From assembly GCA_965250285.1 (NCBI GenBank), contig OZ252299.1:416001-480000 (forward strand): DNA of 64,000 nt, written 5' to 3'. Origin of the DNA: Myxococcota bacterium (GTDB taxonomy: Bacteria > Myxococcota_A > UBA9160 > UBA4427). Both the position numbers and the translations under genes were made by a program. Shown piece after piece: positions 27,848 through 38,200 of this stretch (positions are counted from its first letter, which is position 1; every line of letters begins with the position of its first letter). The notes beneath the pieces were generated by a model that did no database searches, was not told where the DNA came from, and saw only the letters and a list, made by a program, of their open reading frames with translations.

Positions 27848-28786
27848 ATGTCGATGCGAAGCGGCCCCGGTCGCCGTCGCCCGCGCGAGAACGCAGAGCC
27901 CGACGGTGGGCGTCGGCGCCGCGTGCTGCGCGGGTGCTCGGCGTTCGGCGTCCTGGTGTTCGTCTGGGCCTGTGCGAGCGTCTGGCAGCCGCCGGTTCTC
28001 GAACCGCGGCACCGAGTCGAACCCATCGCGGGTGCGGGCTCGACGCTCGGTTCGGCGACCTGCCTCGAGTGTCACGACTCCTTCGATGCGCACTTCGTCG
28101 AGTCGCCGTTTCACGGCGACTGCGAATCGTGTCACGGCCCGGGCGAGCTCCACGTCCACACGGTGCAGGCCGATGCGATCCGTTTCCCCTCGAGCGCCGA
28201 TTGCATCATCTGCCACGGGAGCGCGCAGCGAACCCTGGTGCACTGGGATGCCTCGCCTCATGCAGAAGTGGGCGTCCTCTGCAGCGACTGCCATGCGTCG
28301 CATGTACGGACGCCCGACCTGCTCCGTGCACCGAGTCAGCTCGACACGACGTTGCTTCGCCATGCCTCGGCTGAGACGAAGCTCTGCGCGACCTGCCATC
28401 CGGGCGTCGTCGGGCAGCTCGGGCTTCCGTCTCATCATCCCGTCAAGGAGGGCATGCTCGACTGCACCTCGTGTCACTCTCCCCATGCGCGCGACGGGGC
28501 GCTGGCGGGGGGGCGCAACCAGGTCTGCGCCGAGTGTCACGAGGAGGTCTTCGGCCCCTGGGTCTTCGAGCACCCGCCCGTCAACGAAGACTGCGGTTAC
28601 TGCCACGTGCCGCACGGGGCGCCGAATGAGTCCCTGCTCGAAGTCAGTCAGCCGGGCGTCTGCTTGTCGTGCCACACGCTCGCCGAGGCGGGGGCAGTGC
28701 ATCAGCCCTGGGCGCTCTCGACCGCCTGCACCGACTGCCACAGTGCCGTACACGGGTCGTACACCGATCCGCACTTGAGGCGATGA
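27848..28786 (+). CDS. DmsE/MtrA-family decaheme c-type cytochrome
   Basis: 10 CXXCH; CESCHGPG..H, PSHHPV.EG...CTSCH.PH, GPW.FEHPPV.E.C..CH.PHG, HGS. Confidence 0.88.
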   Translation: MSMRSGPGRRRPRENAEPDGGRRRRVLRGCSAFGVLVFVWACASVWQPPVLEPRHRVEPIAGAGSTLGSATCLECHDSFDAHFVESPFHGDCESCHGPGELHVHTVQADAIRFPSSADCIICHGSAQRTLVHWDASPHAEVGVLCSDCHASHVRTPDLLRAPSQLDTTLLRHASAETKLCATCHPGVVGQLGLPSHHPVKEGMLDCTSCHSPHARDGALAGGRNQVCAECHEEVFGPWVFEHPPVNEDCGYCHVPHGAPNESLLEVSQPGVCLSCHTLAEAGAVHQPWALSTACTDCHSAVHGSYTDPHLRR

Positions 28787-31068
28787 CGGTGCGTGGATGG
28801 CCGACGGGTAAGGGGATCATCGCCACCGTGGTCTTGTACGGGCTCGGCGCGGCCGGATCCGCAGCGGCGCAGTCGGAGCGGACCGACTCTGCAGATGAGA
28901 CCCGTTCGATTCGCGACGCTCCGGCGTCCGCCGCGCATGGCGTGCCTTCGGCCACCGCCGGCGCGCGCGAACCCGTCGAGCTCGTCTGGTCGGCGACGGT
29001 GATGGCACAGGGCAAGGTGATTGCGCCGCGCGAAGCCACGGATGACGTCGGCGGTTTCTTCGATCAGTACGAATACACCCCCAACAAGGGCAGCGCGTTT
29101 CCGGTCGAGCTCGGCGTGCGCGATGCAGCGTTCGACGCGTACGGTGGATCGGGCGATCCGATCTTCCAACTGCGACTGTCGAGCCCGACGTCGAATCTCG
29201 GCGTGTCGGGTCGCGACATCGACCAGCCATTCTTCAACCAGAGAGTCGAGACGACCACGCGCCTGGGCGAGCCCGGGCCGAACGCGCCCGGGCCCTGGCG
29301 CATCGACGTCGACTATGCGCGAATGCGGACCGAGCAGCTGCGCGTGTTCCCGAACACCGAAGGCGGCTCGTTGATCTACGATGATCTCACCGATCCCGAC
29401 GCTCGGTTCTTTCGCGATCGCACCGGGTTCGACGGCACCGTCTCCCGTCGCTCACTGTCGTTGGCCGACCCCGATCGCCCCGTCGCCTACGGCTTCGATG
29501 TGCGAGGGGACTTCCAGGCCCGTCGTGGTCTCGAGCAGCGGCGCGTGTTCCGAGATCCACAGAACGACTGGCTCGGATTGCCGCGCACCCTCGACCGCAA
29601 CGCGAGCGGCGCCGGGGCGGGTGTGCTCGTCGGTGCGGCTCGGGATGGCCGCTGGCTGGTAACCGTCGACTACGACCACGACATGCTGCGGTGGAAGTCG
29701 CCGCAGCTGTACGAGTCGGGGCTCGGCGTGCCGCCGCCGGTGGGCGACCGCCCCCTCGGCTTCGTGCCTGACAGCAACCGCGACACGGCCCGCGTATCGA
29801 TCTCGGGCCGAGCCGGATCTACGCTCAGCTGGTCCACGCAGTATCAGGTCAGCGTGCTCCAACAGGTGGGCGAGGGAACGCCCGAGCAGCGGGCAGCGGG
29901 GCTCGACGACAACACGGTGCTGAGCCAGGCGGCCGCGGCCCACGTCAGCTGGCGCATGGCCGACCAGTGGACCCTGCGCGCCGGTCTCGACTTCGACGCG
30001 CGAGACAATCGGATCGACCGCGACACGCCGCTCTTCAACCCGGTCGGCGGCGTGCAGGTCGACCCCTTCGTCGAAGACTGGTGGAGACTCGCGCTCGAGA
30101 GCGAGGTCGAGTGGCGGTTTTTTCGCCGCAACACCCTCGCCGTCGGCGCGCGGTTCGACGACATCGAGCGCAGCATCGACTTCGCCGAGCCGGGCGGCGT
30201 GCGCGTGCTACCCGAGAACGCCTTGATCGGCGATACGACGCGCATGATCGATGTCTATGCCAAGACGCGCATGCGCCTCTTCCGAACGCTCCGGCTCGAC
30301 GGCAGGCTCGGTTACCGAGCCGCGCCGCAGACGGGCTACATCACCGATCTCGATGACTACGTGCACGGTCAGCTGCGCCTTCGCCAGACGTTCACCACGC
30401 GCCGACCCCTGGCACTGACGGCCTTCGCGCGGGGCGACTGGGGGCAGAACGACCAGTTCGAGATGGTGGAAGGGCTCGGACCCGATCCGACCGGTACGAG
30501 CGTCGGGCGCACCTTCGAGCGCTGGACGGTGCAGTGGGGGGTCGGGCTCGAAGCCGCTCCCGTCGACCGGCTCTCGGTCTTCGCCTCCTTCGTTCGCCAG
30601 TGCTTGAATCAGCAGAGCGGCGTCGTGACGTCGACCCTGCAGCGCTACTTCCAGGAGACGGCTGCGCTCGACTTCACCGACCTCGGCGTCGACGACGCGC
30701 GCCAGAAGATGGCCAGCTTCGTCACGGGTCTGAACTACGACTTCAGCCGCCACGTCGACGCGGGGGTCGCCTACACGTACACGAGGTCGAAGTCGAACTA
30801 CGAGGGCGAGGCGTCGCCCGCCTTCGACGTGCTGCGGGCCGAACGCCGCGTCGAGAATCGGACTCATGTGGTCGACTTTCAGACCGGCTTCGAGCCGCGC
30901 GTAGGCTTGCGGCTGCTCGCCGGCTACCGGCTGCAGTACAACCGGGACGACGTCGATGCGCCCGAGAGCATCGCGAGCGCTTTGCCCCCCATCGATCGTT
31001 CGACGTACCAGCACACCTTCACTGTCGGTGTGAGGTTCGACGGGCGTGTCCTGCGAGGCGGTGACTAG
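28783..31068 (+). CDS. MtrB/PioB-like outer-membrane beta-barrel (porin of a porin-cytochrome complex)
   Basis: ATGA-coupled to the MtrA-like gene; signal peptide; about 760 aa of amphipathic beta-strands, terminal strand FTVGVRF. Confidence 0.72.
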   Translation: MTVRGWPTGKGIIATVVLYGLGAAGSAAAQSERTDSADETRSIRDAPASAAHGVPSATAGAREPVELVWSATVMAQGKVIAPREATDDVGGFFDQYEYTPNKGSAFPVELGVRDAAFDAYGGSGDPIFQLRLSSPTSNLGVSGRDIDQPFFNQRVETTTRLGEPGPNAPGPWRIDVDYARMRTEQLRVFPNTEGGSLIYDDLTDPDARFFRDRTGFDGTVSRRSLSLADPDRPVAYGFDVRGDFQARRGLEQRRVFRDPQNDWLGLPRTLDRNASGAGAGVLVGAARDGRWLVTVDYDHDMLRWKSPQLYESGLGVPPPVGDRPLGFVPDSNRDTARVSISGRAGSTLSWSTQYQVSVLQQVGEGTPEQRAAGLDDNTVLSQAAAAHVSWRMADQWTLRAGLDFDARDNRIDRDTPLFNPVGGVQVDPFVEDWWRLALESEVEWRFFRRNTLAVGARFDDIERSIDFAEPGGVRVLPENALIGDTTRMIDVYAKTRMRLFRTLRLDGRLGYRAAPQTGYITDLDDYVHGQLRLRQTFTTRRPLALTAFARGDWGQNDQFEMVEGLGPDPTGTSVGRTFERWTVQWGVGLEAAPVDRLSVFASFVRQCLNQQSGVVTSTLQRYFQETAALDFTDLGVDDARQKMASFVTGLNYDFSRHVDAGVAYTYTRSKSNYEGEASPAFDVLRAERRVENRTHVVDFQTGFEPRVGLRLLAGYRLQYNRDDVDAPESIASALPPIDRSTYQHTFTVGVRFDGRVLRGGD

Positions 31069-31080
31069 GGCGTCGACCTC

Positions 31081-31893
31081 TCAGCGTGCATCGAGGGCGG
31101 GATCGCCCGCCGCCAGCGGCGGGATCGGGTGAGCCAGGCCCTTGTGGCAACGAACGCACTCGATCTCGCGCTCAGTCGCCGTGGCGTGGAACCGCCGGGC
31201 CTTCTCGCTCTGGGCCGGCATGCCGCCCGGCGAGAGGTCGTGGCAATCGCTGCATCGGCTCGAGTCGAGGGGGCCGTGCGGGTTGTGGCACGTGCTGCAG
31301 GTGAAGTCGTTCTGGTCGGTCGGCGTCGCCGTGACCGGGTGGGTGAACGTCGACGGATCCGCACCGCCCATCAGGTTCGTGTGGCAGCTCTCGTTGCACG
31401 TCGCGGTCGAAGCCGCGTGCGCGGGCACGATCGCGTCGGGCTGATGCATCGAGTGACAGGTGCTGCAGAGCACGTCGTCCAGGCCGTGCGGGCTCGTCTT
31501 CCAGTCGGCCTGCGTCCCGCCGTCATGGCAGTCGAGGCACATTGCGTTTTGGACGGCGGCAGCCGCCCCGGAGCCCTTCCCGAAGTGCACGTTCGAGACC
31601 TGCATCGGGAACTGCATGTGCTTTGCGCTCGGGCCGTGACAGCTCTGGCATTGTCGCTGGGCGGCGGGCGAGCGCGGATCGTCGAAGTCGGCGTGCTTGG
31701 TCTCGGCGATGCCGAGGATGCCCGAGCTGGCGTGACAGTCGATGCATGCGTTGTAGTCGGCGTCGGTGTAGTCGGTCTCGCTGAGGACCAGCTCGTCGGC
31801 CCCAGCGAATGAGGACGCCAGCTGGAGGGTCACGCCGAGGGCCAGCCAGCGCGTGAGCGCACCCGATCGTCGCGTGCCGCGGGCCTTCTTCAT
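31081..31893 (-). CDS. Periplasmic multiheme cytochrome (7 CXXCH + 1 CX3CH); MtrA-like N-part, NapC-like C-tail
   Basis: Start MKKARG at 31893 (GGAGG RBS), signal peptide; CIDCH, CQSCH, CLDCH, CSTCH, CNESCH, CSTCH, CSDCH, CVRCH. Confidence 0.85.
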   Translation of the reverse strand: MKKARGTRRSGALTRWLALGVTLQLASSFAGADELVLSETDYTDADYNACIDCHASSGILGIAETKHADFDDPRSPAAQRQCQSCHGPSAKHMQFPMQVSNVHFGKGSGAAAAVQNAMCLDCHDGGTQADWKTSPHGLDDVLCSTCHSMHQPDAIVPAHAASTATCNESCHTNLMGGADPSTFTHPVTATPTDQNDFTCSTCHNPHGPLDSSRCSDCHDLSPGGMPAQSEKARRFHATATEREIECVRCHKGLAHPIPPLAAGDPALDAR

Positions 31894-32537
31894 GATGCCT
31901 CCTGCCGACGCTGGGCGACTCGGGTCGGCTCGGCTGCGGGCACGGATGCCTCGACGGGCGAGTCGGCTTCGACGCCCTGTGGCAGCACATGGGCAACGCC
32001 CTTGTGACAGCTGATGCACGTCTTGCCGCGGGTCATCGACGTGGAGTGGAACTCCTGTGCCCTCGGTGACTGCTCGGCGAGGTCCCAGGTCGAGGTGTCG
32101 TGGCAGTTCCGGCACTCTCGGCTGTCGTTCGACTCCATGTCCCGCCAGACGCGCGTCGCCATCGTCATGCGGTGCGCCTCGAACTTCTCGGGTGTGTCGA
32201 TCGTTCCGGCGAGATGGTGGTAGACCTCCATCACGGCGCGCGCCTTGCGCATGTACTTCGGCACGACCTCGTTCGGGATGTGGCAGTCGGCACAGGTCGT
32301 GCGGAAGCCGCGCGCGTTGAGCGCGTGCGAGCGCGTCTCGTAGTCGATGCCGATGTTGACCTCGAGCTCGTGACACGACAGGCAGAAGGCGTCGGTGCTG
32401 GTGGCGTGCATCGAGTAGTCGAATGCGAGCAGGCTCATCACGCCGCCCACGATGCCGACACCCACGAGAACGCCGAGGGCGACGGTCGGGTGCGGCGTCG
32501 CGATGCGTTCCCAGACGTTGCGCAGCCAGTCTCTCAT
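31890..32537 (-). CDS. NapC/NirT/CymA-family tetraheme quinol dehydrogenase
   Basis: N-terminal TM; FCLSCHE, CADCHIP, ECRNCH, TCISCHKGVAH; GTIDTPEKFEAHR. Confidence 0.92.
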   Translation of the reverse strand: MRDWLRNVWERIATPHPTVALGVLVGVGIVGGVMSLLAFDYSMHATSTDAFCLSCHELEVNIGIDYETRSHALNARGFRTTCADCHIPNEVVPKYMRKARAVMEVYHHLAGTIDTPEKFEAHRMTMATRVWRDMESNDSRECRNCHDTSTWDLAEQSPRAQEFHSTSMTRGKTCISCHKGVAHVLPQGVEADSPVEASVPAAEPTRVAQRRQEAS

Positions 32538-32638
32538 CTCGCGCCTCGCACCCCTCGACGGATGACGAGAGCGTATCTCCGACCGATCCCGCCGCGCAAT
32601 CGCGGGTCGTCGGACGCCCAGGAGGCGAGTGCCGGCCC

Positions 32639-33481
32639 CTAGGCGAAGCGCAGCGCGTCGCCGACGCGCACGGTGCCGGGCTCGGTGACCTTCGCGTAGA
32701 GACCGAGGCAGGGCATCTGCATGCCCATGAACTCTCGCCGGTTCTCGCGGACGAGCGTCTTCAGCACGCGCGGATCCTTGGGCAGCCCGACCTGCGCGCG
32801 TGTCGTCATGATGCAGCGGGGCGCGGCGCTGCCGAACTCGAGGGTCGCCTCACCGAGCTTTGCGGTGCGGCCCGTCCAGTCGTTCTCGACGAAGCCTTCG
32901 GCGTCGCCGGTGTCGATCAACAGGCTCGGTCGAAAACGACCGACCTCGATCTGGCTGTCGGCCGCCAGCTCAGCCAGCTTGGCCATGCTCGCCGTCGTGA
33001 GCACATGGAGCGGTTCGAGGTCGGCGAATGAACCCGCCTCGGCGAGCGCCATGGGCAGGTCGATGTCGGCGCCGGCGAGCGGGAGGTCTTCGATCTCGGG
33101 CCAGTAGCTGTCGTAGACCTGGTCGGGCGAGCCCGCGGCCACCAACTCGACCGGGTGGTTCAGCGCCTCGGAGCAGGCGTCGGAGAATGCCGCGATGTCG
33201 TCGGCGCGGAGCGTCTTGCCGTCGATCGTCGCTTCGATGGGCGGGAGCGGCTCGCCCACGGCGGGTTCACTCACGTACTGCGCGCCAAACTCGAGGATCC
33301 GCTCGCCGAGCTTGCCGTGCTTGCCGCTGACGATCTTGCCCGATTCGCGGTTGCGCAGCGCGAGTACGCGATCGGCGTGGATGCCCGTTTCACCCAGGAT
33401 CGTTTGGTCGATGGACTCGCCCTGAAACGACTTGATCGGAAAGCGCCAGATCATCTTCAGCTCGCCCACGGCTTCGCTCAT
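32639..33481 (-). CDS. MOSC domain-containing protein
   Basis: RFPIKS..GE, DR, D..PLH.LT..S, RFRP, PRC.MTT, CLGLYA.V..PG.VRVGD. Confidence 0.88.
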   Translation of the reverse strand: MSEAVGELKMIWRFPIKSFQGESIDQTILGETGIHADRVLALRNRESGKIVSGKHGKLGERILEFGAQYVSEPAVGEPLPPIEATIDGKTLRADDIAAFSDACSEALNHPVELVAAGSPDQVYDSYWPEIEDLPLAGADIDLPMALAEAGSFADLEPLHVLTTASMAKLAELAADSQIEVGRFRPSLLIDTGDAEGFVENDWTGRTAKLGEATLEFGSAAPRCIMTTRAQVGLPKDPRVLKTLVRENRREFMGMQMPCLGLYAKVTEPGTVRVGDALRFA

Positions 33482-33544
33482 CGTTGCTCTCCTCTTGGAT
33501 CGGTCGTCTCGCACGTCGGCGCCGCGCGCCGCAAGCCACTCGAT

Positions 33545-34210
33545 TCAGGCGTCGCTCGAACACGTCGCGAATGCGTTGCGACGAGCCTCGGCCCGCGCCG
33601 GCCCGAAAGGCAGCTCGCCTACTTTCTGCCACGCGGCCCTGCAGGCGTCGGATGGGCCGTCGCTCGACGTCGTCCCGTCGTCCGTCGTCGATCCGGTACC
33701 CAGCGGTTCGTTCGCGCAGGCTTCGAGCTCCATGCGAAGGGCGCGCCGCCGTTCGGGGCCGGGCGGCCAACCGCGTACCTCTCGACGAGCTTCGGCGCAG
33801 CTGGGGCCGCCGTCGCCCGACGTTGACGCGGTGCCATCGCCCGTCGGCGCCTTCGATGCGGTCGGCGCCGCACAGACCGAGTGCTGCGCGCGCTCGAGCT
33901 TCGTCTTCTTGCCCGTGCCGGTGACCCAGACGCAGTCGCCCGGCAAGAGCGAGTTGTCGTCGCTCTCGATCCGCAGGTCACCGCCGCTCGGCATCAGGTT
34001 GACGATGTACGCGAAACCCGCCGACTTCCCCATCTTGAGGAAGCCGCTCGAGAGTTCGATCGGCGTGCGCGACTGGATCTCGCCGTGCAGCGCGGGTTCG
34101 TCCTGGGTCGACTCGGCGCGCGCGGGCAGGTGGGCCCACGTCGCGCAGAGCGCGATCGCGAGCGCCGCGTGGAACGCTCGGGATCGGCGATGCGTGCGCA
34201 TCGGTTTCAT
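33545..34210 (-). CDS. Hypothetical secreted protein with two C-X26-C repeats
   Basis: AAGGAG RBS, signal peptide ending ARA; OB-like N-domain; duplicated Cys-bounded module. Confidence 0.6.
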   Translation of the reverse strand: MKPMRTHRRSRAFHAALAIALCATWAHLPARAESTQDEPALHGEIQSRTPIELSSGFLKMGKSAGFAYIVNLMPSGGDLRIESDDNSLLPGDCVWVTGTGKKTKLERAQHSVCAAPTASKAPTGDGTASTSGDGGPSCAEARREVRGWPPGPERRRALRMELEACANEPLGTGSTTDDGTTSSDGPSDACRAAWQKVGELPFGPARAEARRNAFATCSSDA

Positions 34211-34363
34211 CGGTTCTCCTTCGTTCGACAGCGCCGCGGCAAGCAGAAGGCGCAGGGCGCAAGGTTGCGCGATTTCGGCGCCGGCGTCGATCGACCGGCT
34301 CGGTCCGCGAAGGCCGGTGCCGGCGGATCGAGGTAGGCTCTGGGCGGATTTCGACCGAGATCG

Positions 34364-35167
34364 ATGCGAACGGCTTTTCTGCACCTCATCCACGCCCCGG
34401 GGCCCGGGCCGTCACGGCCGGAGCCGGGCGCGTCGTCGCCTGTCGGTGGCGCACGGCCGCGCTGGCTGCGCTCCCGCCGCGTGACCTGGTTGGGGGCGGC
34501 CTGCGTGATCGGGCTGCTCGCGTGGCAAGGTCATCATCTGGCGCACCTGATCCCTCGGATCGAAGCCTGGATCAGTTCGCTCGGCCCCTGGGCGCCTTTG
34601 GCGTACTTCGTGGGTGCGTTCTTGCTCGTCCCGCTGATGGTCCCCGACTCGCTGCTGGCCGTGGTGGCGGGCGTGGTGTTCGGCATGGTCGAGGGCTTCG
34701 CGATCTACTTTCCGGCCGTGTATCTCGCCAGCTTGCTCACGTTCTGGCTCGGGCGCCGCTGGCTGCGCGTTCGCGTCCTTGCGCTGCTGAAGACCCGCCC
34801 CGATCTCGATGCGATGGCGTCGGCTGCTCGCCGTGAGGGCGTACAGCTGACGTTCTGGATTCGACTCATCCCGCTGAACCCCGCCCTCGTGAGCTACGCG
34901 CTCGGCGCGGTCGGCGTGTCGCTTCGTGCGGTCGCGATCGGCAGCTTCGGCATGCTCCCTCACATGCTGCTCGGCGTGTACGTCGGCGCGGCGGCGGCAC
35001 ACGTCACGCAGATGGCCGGCGATCGCCACCAAAGCTGGACCGTGGAGGGAGCGGGCTTCGTGCTCGGCCTCGTCGCCTGCGCGGCGCTCGTCGCGCAGGT
35101 GTCACGTCTCGCGGGGCGACGCATCCAGCAGGCCGAGCGCGCCGCGTCCAGCGACGCAGACCGCTGA
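34364..35167 (+). CDS. TVP38/TMEM64 (DedA/VTT) family membrane protein
   Basis: LGPWAP, VP..LL..VAG.VFG, FWLGR, RLIPL.P...SYALG; start uncertain. Confidence 0.85.
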   Translation: MRTAFLHLIHAPGPGPSRPEPGASSPVGGARPRWLRSRRVTWLGAACVIGLLAWQGHHLAHLIPRIEAWISSLGPWAPLAYFVGAFLLVPLMVPDSLLAVVAGVVFGMVEGFAIYFPAVYLASLLTFWLGRRWLRVRVLALLKTRPDLDAMASAARREGVQLTFWIRLIPLNPALVSYALGAVGVSLRAVAIGSFGMLPHMLLGVYVGAAAAHVTQMAGDRHQSWTVEGAGFVLGLVACAALVAQVSRLAGRRIQQAERAASSDADR

Positions 35168-35275
35168 TCGCATCGAGGCCACAGCGTCTTGGGGAATGGG
35201 GTCGAAGCCGAGGGACACCGCGATGACAAGACGTCCTCGACGGAGGTCGACGGGCCGTGGCGGGTGGGCGCTCGA

Positions 35276-38200
35276 TCAGAGCCAGCTGTTGATGATGATG
35301 AACGGTGCCCAGTAGTACGGATGCGTCGAAGATGCGTCCGAGATCGCTGCATGCTGGGCTCGCCGGAGCGCTTCGGCCCGGCTCACTCCGTCCTGGTTCA
35401 GCTCGCGGTAGAACCGCGCGATGAGGTCTGAAGTCGCCTTGTCGTCGACCGACCAGAGCGTGCCCAGAACGCTGCGCGCGCCCGCCCGGACGGCAATGCC
35501 CGAGAGCCCCAGGGCCGCCCGATCATCGCCCGCCGCGGTCTCGCAGGCCGACAAACCGAGCAGCTCGAGCGGCTCTTCTCGGTACTGAAAGCGCCCGATC
35601 AGCAGCTCGAGATCGTCCACCGCAAGACGTCCGTCCGATGTGAGCATGAAGCTCTCTGAGTCGGCGCCCTCGAAGACGGCATGCGTCGCGAAGTGCACGA
35701 TGCCGTAGTCGCCTTCCCGAATCCGGGTTTCGATGCCGGCCGTGCTGAAGGCCTCGTCGAGAAGAACGTCGCCACCGATCTCGTTCGAGATCGCATCGAC
35801 CTCGGCCTGAACGTTCTCGAGGGGGGCAAAGTCGAGTCGACTCTCCGTGAGCCCACCGATGAGTGCCCGCATGGTTCCCGTTGGAATCGCGCGTGGTGCG
35901 GTCATGGCCATTGAGGGAGCCACGCCGACGGACCAGCGCTCGACGAGGAAACGCTCGCCGTCGTGCAGCGCGGCCATGGGGATCGTACGCAGTGCGCCGT
36001 CTGGAACAAAGACGATCGTCTCGATCGAGGGATCGTCGAGGTAGGGCTCGAGCGGACGAACGAGGTCGTCGTAGAGCGATCGGGCAGGTTTGAGATACTG
36101 CCTCGTCGTGCGCTTGGTCAGGAGTCGCCGAAGCTGACGCACGTCGGCTTCGATCTCGGCCTGGGTGACCGGTACGGTCACGCGCTCGAGGTCGCCGTCC
36201 GGGAGCGTCACGAGCAGCTCGAGCCGGTCGGGCAGCACGATTGGGTAGACGATCAGGGCACCATGCGACACGTCATCGACGCTCTGCTCGCTCGCGACGA
36301 GCGCGTCGATGCAGGGGTCATCGAAGTAGTCGCGCAGCTCGGAGGCCTTCGAGGTCTCGATGACGTCGCGGACTCGTCGGTATCGGTGCTGCGAGTCGCT
36401 GCCTACTCCTCTTTGCTCCGACCGAAGGAGCTGATCGACGAGGCCATAGTGAACCGCTGCGATGTCGCGCCGAAAGGCGCGGTTCGGAGGCGGGGCCTCG
36501 AAACGCAGTCCCTCCAGCTGGTCGAGGGAGCGGTTGTAGGCCGCAATCGACTCGGTCGGCCGGTCCATCTGCCCCAGCGCCCGGGCCGACTGCCACTCGG
36601 CGACGTAGATCAGCTCGGGTGCATTGGCCTTTCGTGCGAGTCGCGCCGCCTCGCGCGCAAGCTGCAAGGATTCTTCGGCACGGTCTTCGTCTTCATAGAT
36701 GCGGGCCAGCCCCGACCACGCCGCCGCCGCCGAGCGAGGATCCCCGAGCGCTTCGGCCTCACTCTTGGCGGCCATCAGCTGCACATAGGCCCACTGGCGC
36801 GAGCCCGCGTGGTGCCTGGCGAGCATGCGGGCGGTCTCGGCGAGGTGCAGCCGCGTCTCGGCGAGCTCGGCTGAGGGAGGCGCGTCGGCGATGGCGGTTG
36901 CCGCCTCGTTCCACGATCTCATCGCGCTCGCCGGATCGTCCAGATCGCTCTGGATGCGCGCGGCCAGCGCCAGGGCGCGGGCCGCTGCGATCGGCAGGTC
37001 GGCATCCGATGCAGCGGACGCCGACTGCGCAAGAGCGTCGAGCGCTTCGGGTGTGCGGCCGAGCTGCTGGGCCGCCCATCCGCGCTGCAGGTGCACCCGC
37101 GCCTGGGCCTCGTGGGGCAGGGCGCTCTTCATGGCAAGCGCGTCGAGTTGCTCCAGCTGGCCTTCGGTGGCTCGCTTCTTCGATCGAGCCGCTTCGCGAT
37201 CCGCTTCGGTGAGAATCACGAGCGTAGGGTCATCGAGCGTGGCTGCCCAGGCCGCCGCCGTGTCGCGATGATCCGATGCCACGCGTTGCTGCCCCAGCGC
37301 CTCGCGGATGTCGGTGAGCGCGCGCAGCCACGTCAGGTGCTCGGCCGATGGGCCAACACCCGCGAGGCTGGCATCGAGCAGATCGGCGGCCCGTGCCCGG
37401 TGCCCTGCGCGAAGCGCTGCTTCGACTTCGGGCGGGAGCGCCCCCGGTCGAGCGCCCCCTTGTCGGGTGCCAGCGACCGTCGGCCCGAGCCAGCGATCCG
37501 GGGTCGGCGGCGTTGCGTCGCGGCGACCGACGACGAAGCTCGACTTCGCGTGGGGATCGCGAGCCGCGCACTGCGCCGCGAGCTGGCTCGAAGCGGTGAG
37601 CATCGTCTCGGGCAGAACCTGAACGCGCTCGATCAGATTGGTGTCGGCGGCGCTGATGAAGATGCGACCGTCGATGCCCAGCTCGGTCGAAGCGTCGAGG
37701 ATCGTATCGCTCGAGATCAGCACGCCACTGCCGCGGATGTCGATGTTGCCTCCGAAGCCGGTGATCGCGCCCGCTCGCACCTCAGCGCGGTTGAGGAGCA
37801 CCCGCTCACCCGAGAGCGCGACGTCCCCCCCGCTGCCATCGCCCTGGGTCGTGACGCGGGTTTCGATTCGACCCTGATCGACTTGGAGATCGGCGGTCGT
37901 CGAGATCGAGATCTGCCCACCCGCCGAGCGGGTCGCGTCGGTGACGACGGCCGCATCGGTCAGCCTGAACTCGCTCGACTCGATGTCGATCTTTCCCGAG
38001 TTGCCTGCGCCCGACGCGGCTGCACTCACGCGGGCGCCGCTTTCGATCTCGATCTGACCCGCCGAGCTGAGTTGGATGTCTCCCGACGGCTCGACCGACG
38101 CCCCATCGGTGCTGACGATGCCGCCATTGCGGATCGCGATCAGCCGGGTGCCCGTGAGCTCGATTCCGCCCCCACTCGCATCCGATCCGACCCCGCGGAG

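Noticed and set aside
31894..32376. N-terminal extension of the 431-aa ORF 31081..32376
   Set aside because: Overlaps napC in another frame; the real start is at 31893 with RBS and signal peptide
35276..37400. CHAT protease as part of an anti-phage system (Craspase- or gasdermin-type)
   Set aside because: No Cas7-11, gasdermin or NLR-like genes nearby, and the CHAT domain lies behind a signal peptide and TPS domain
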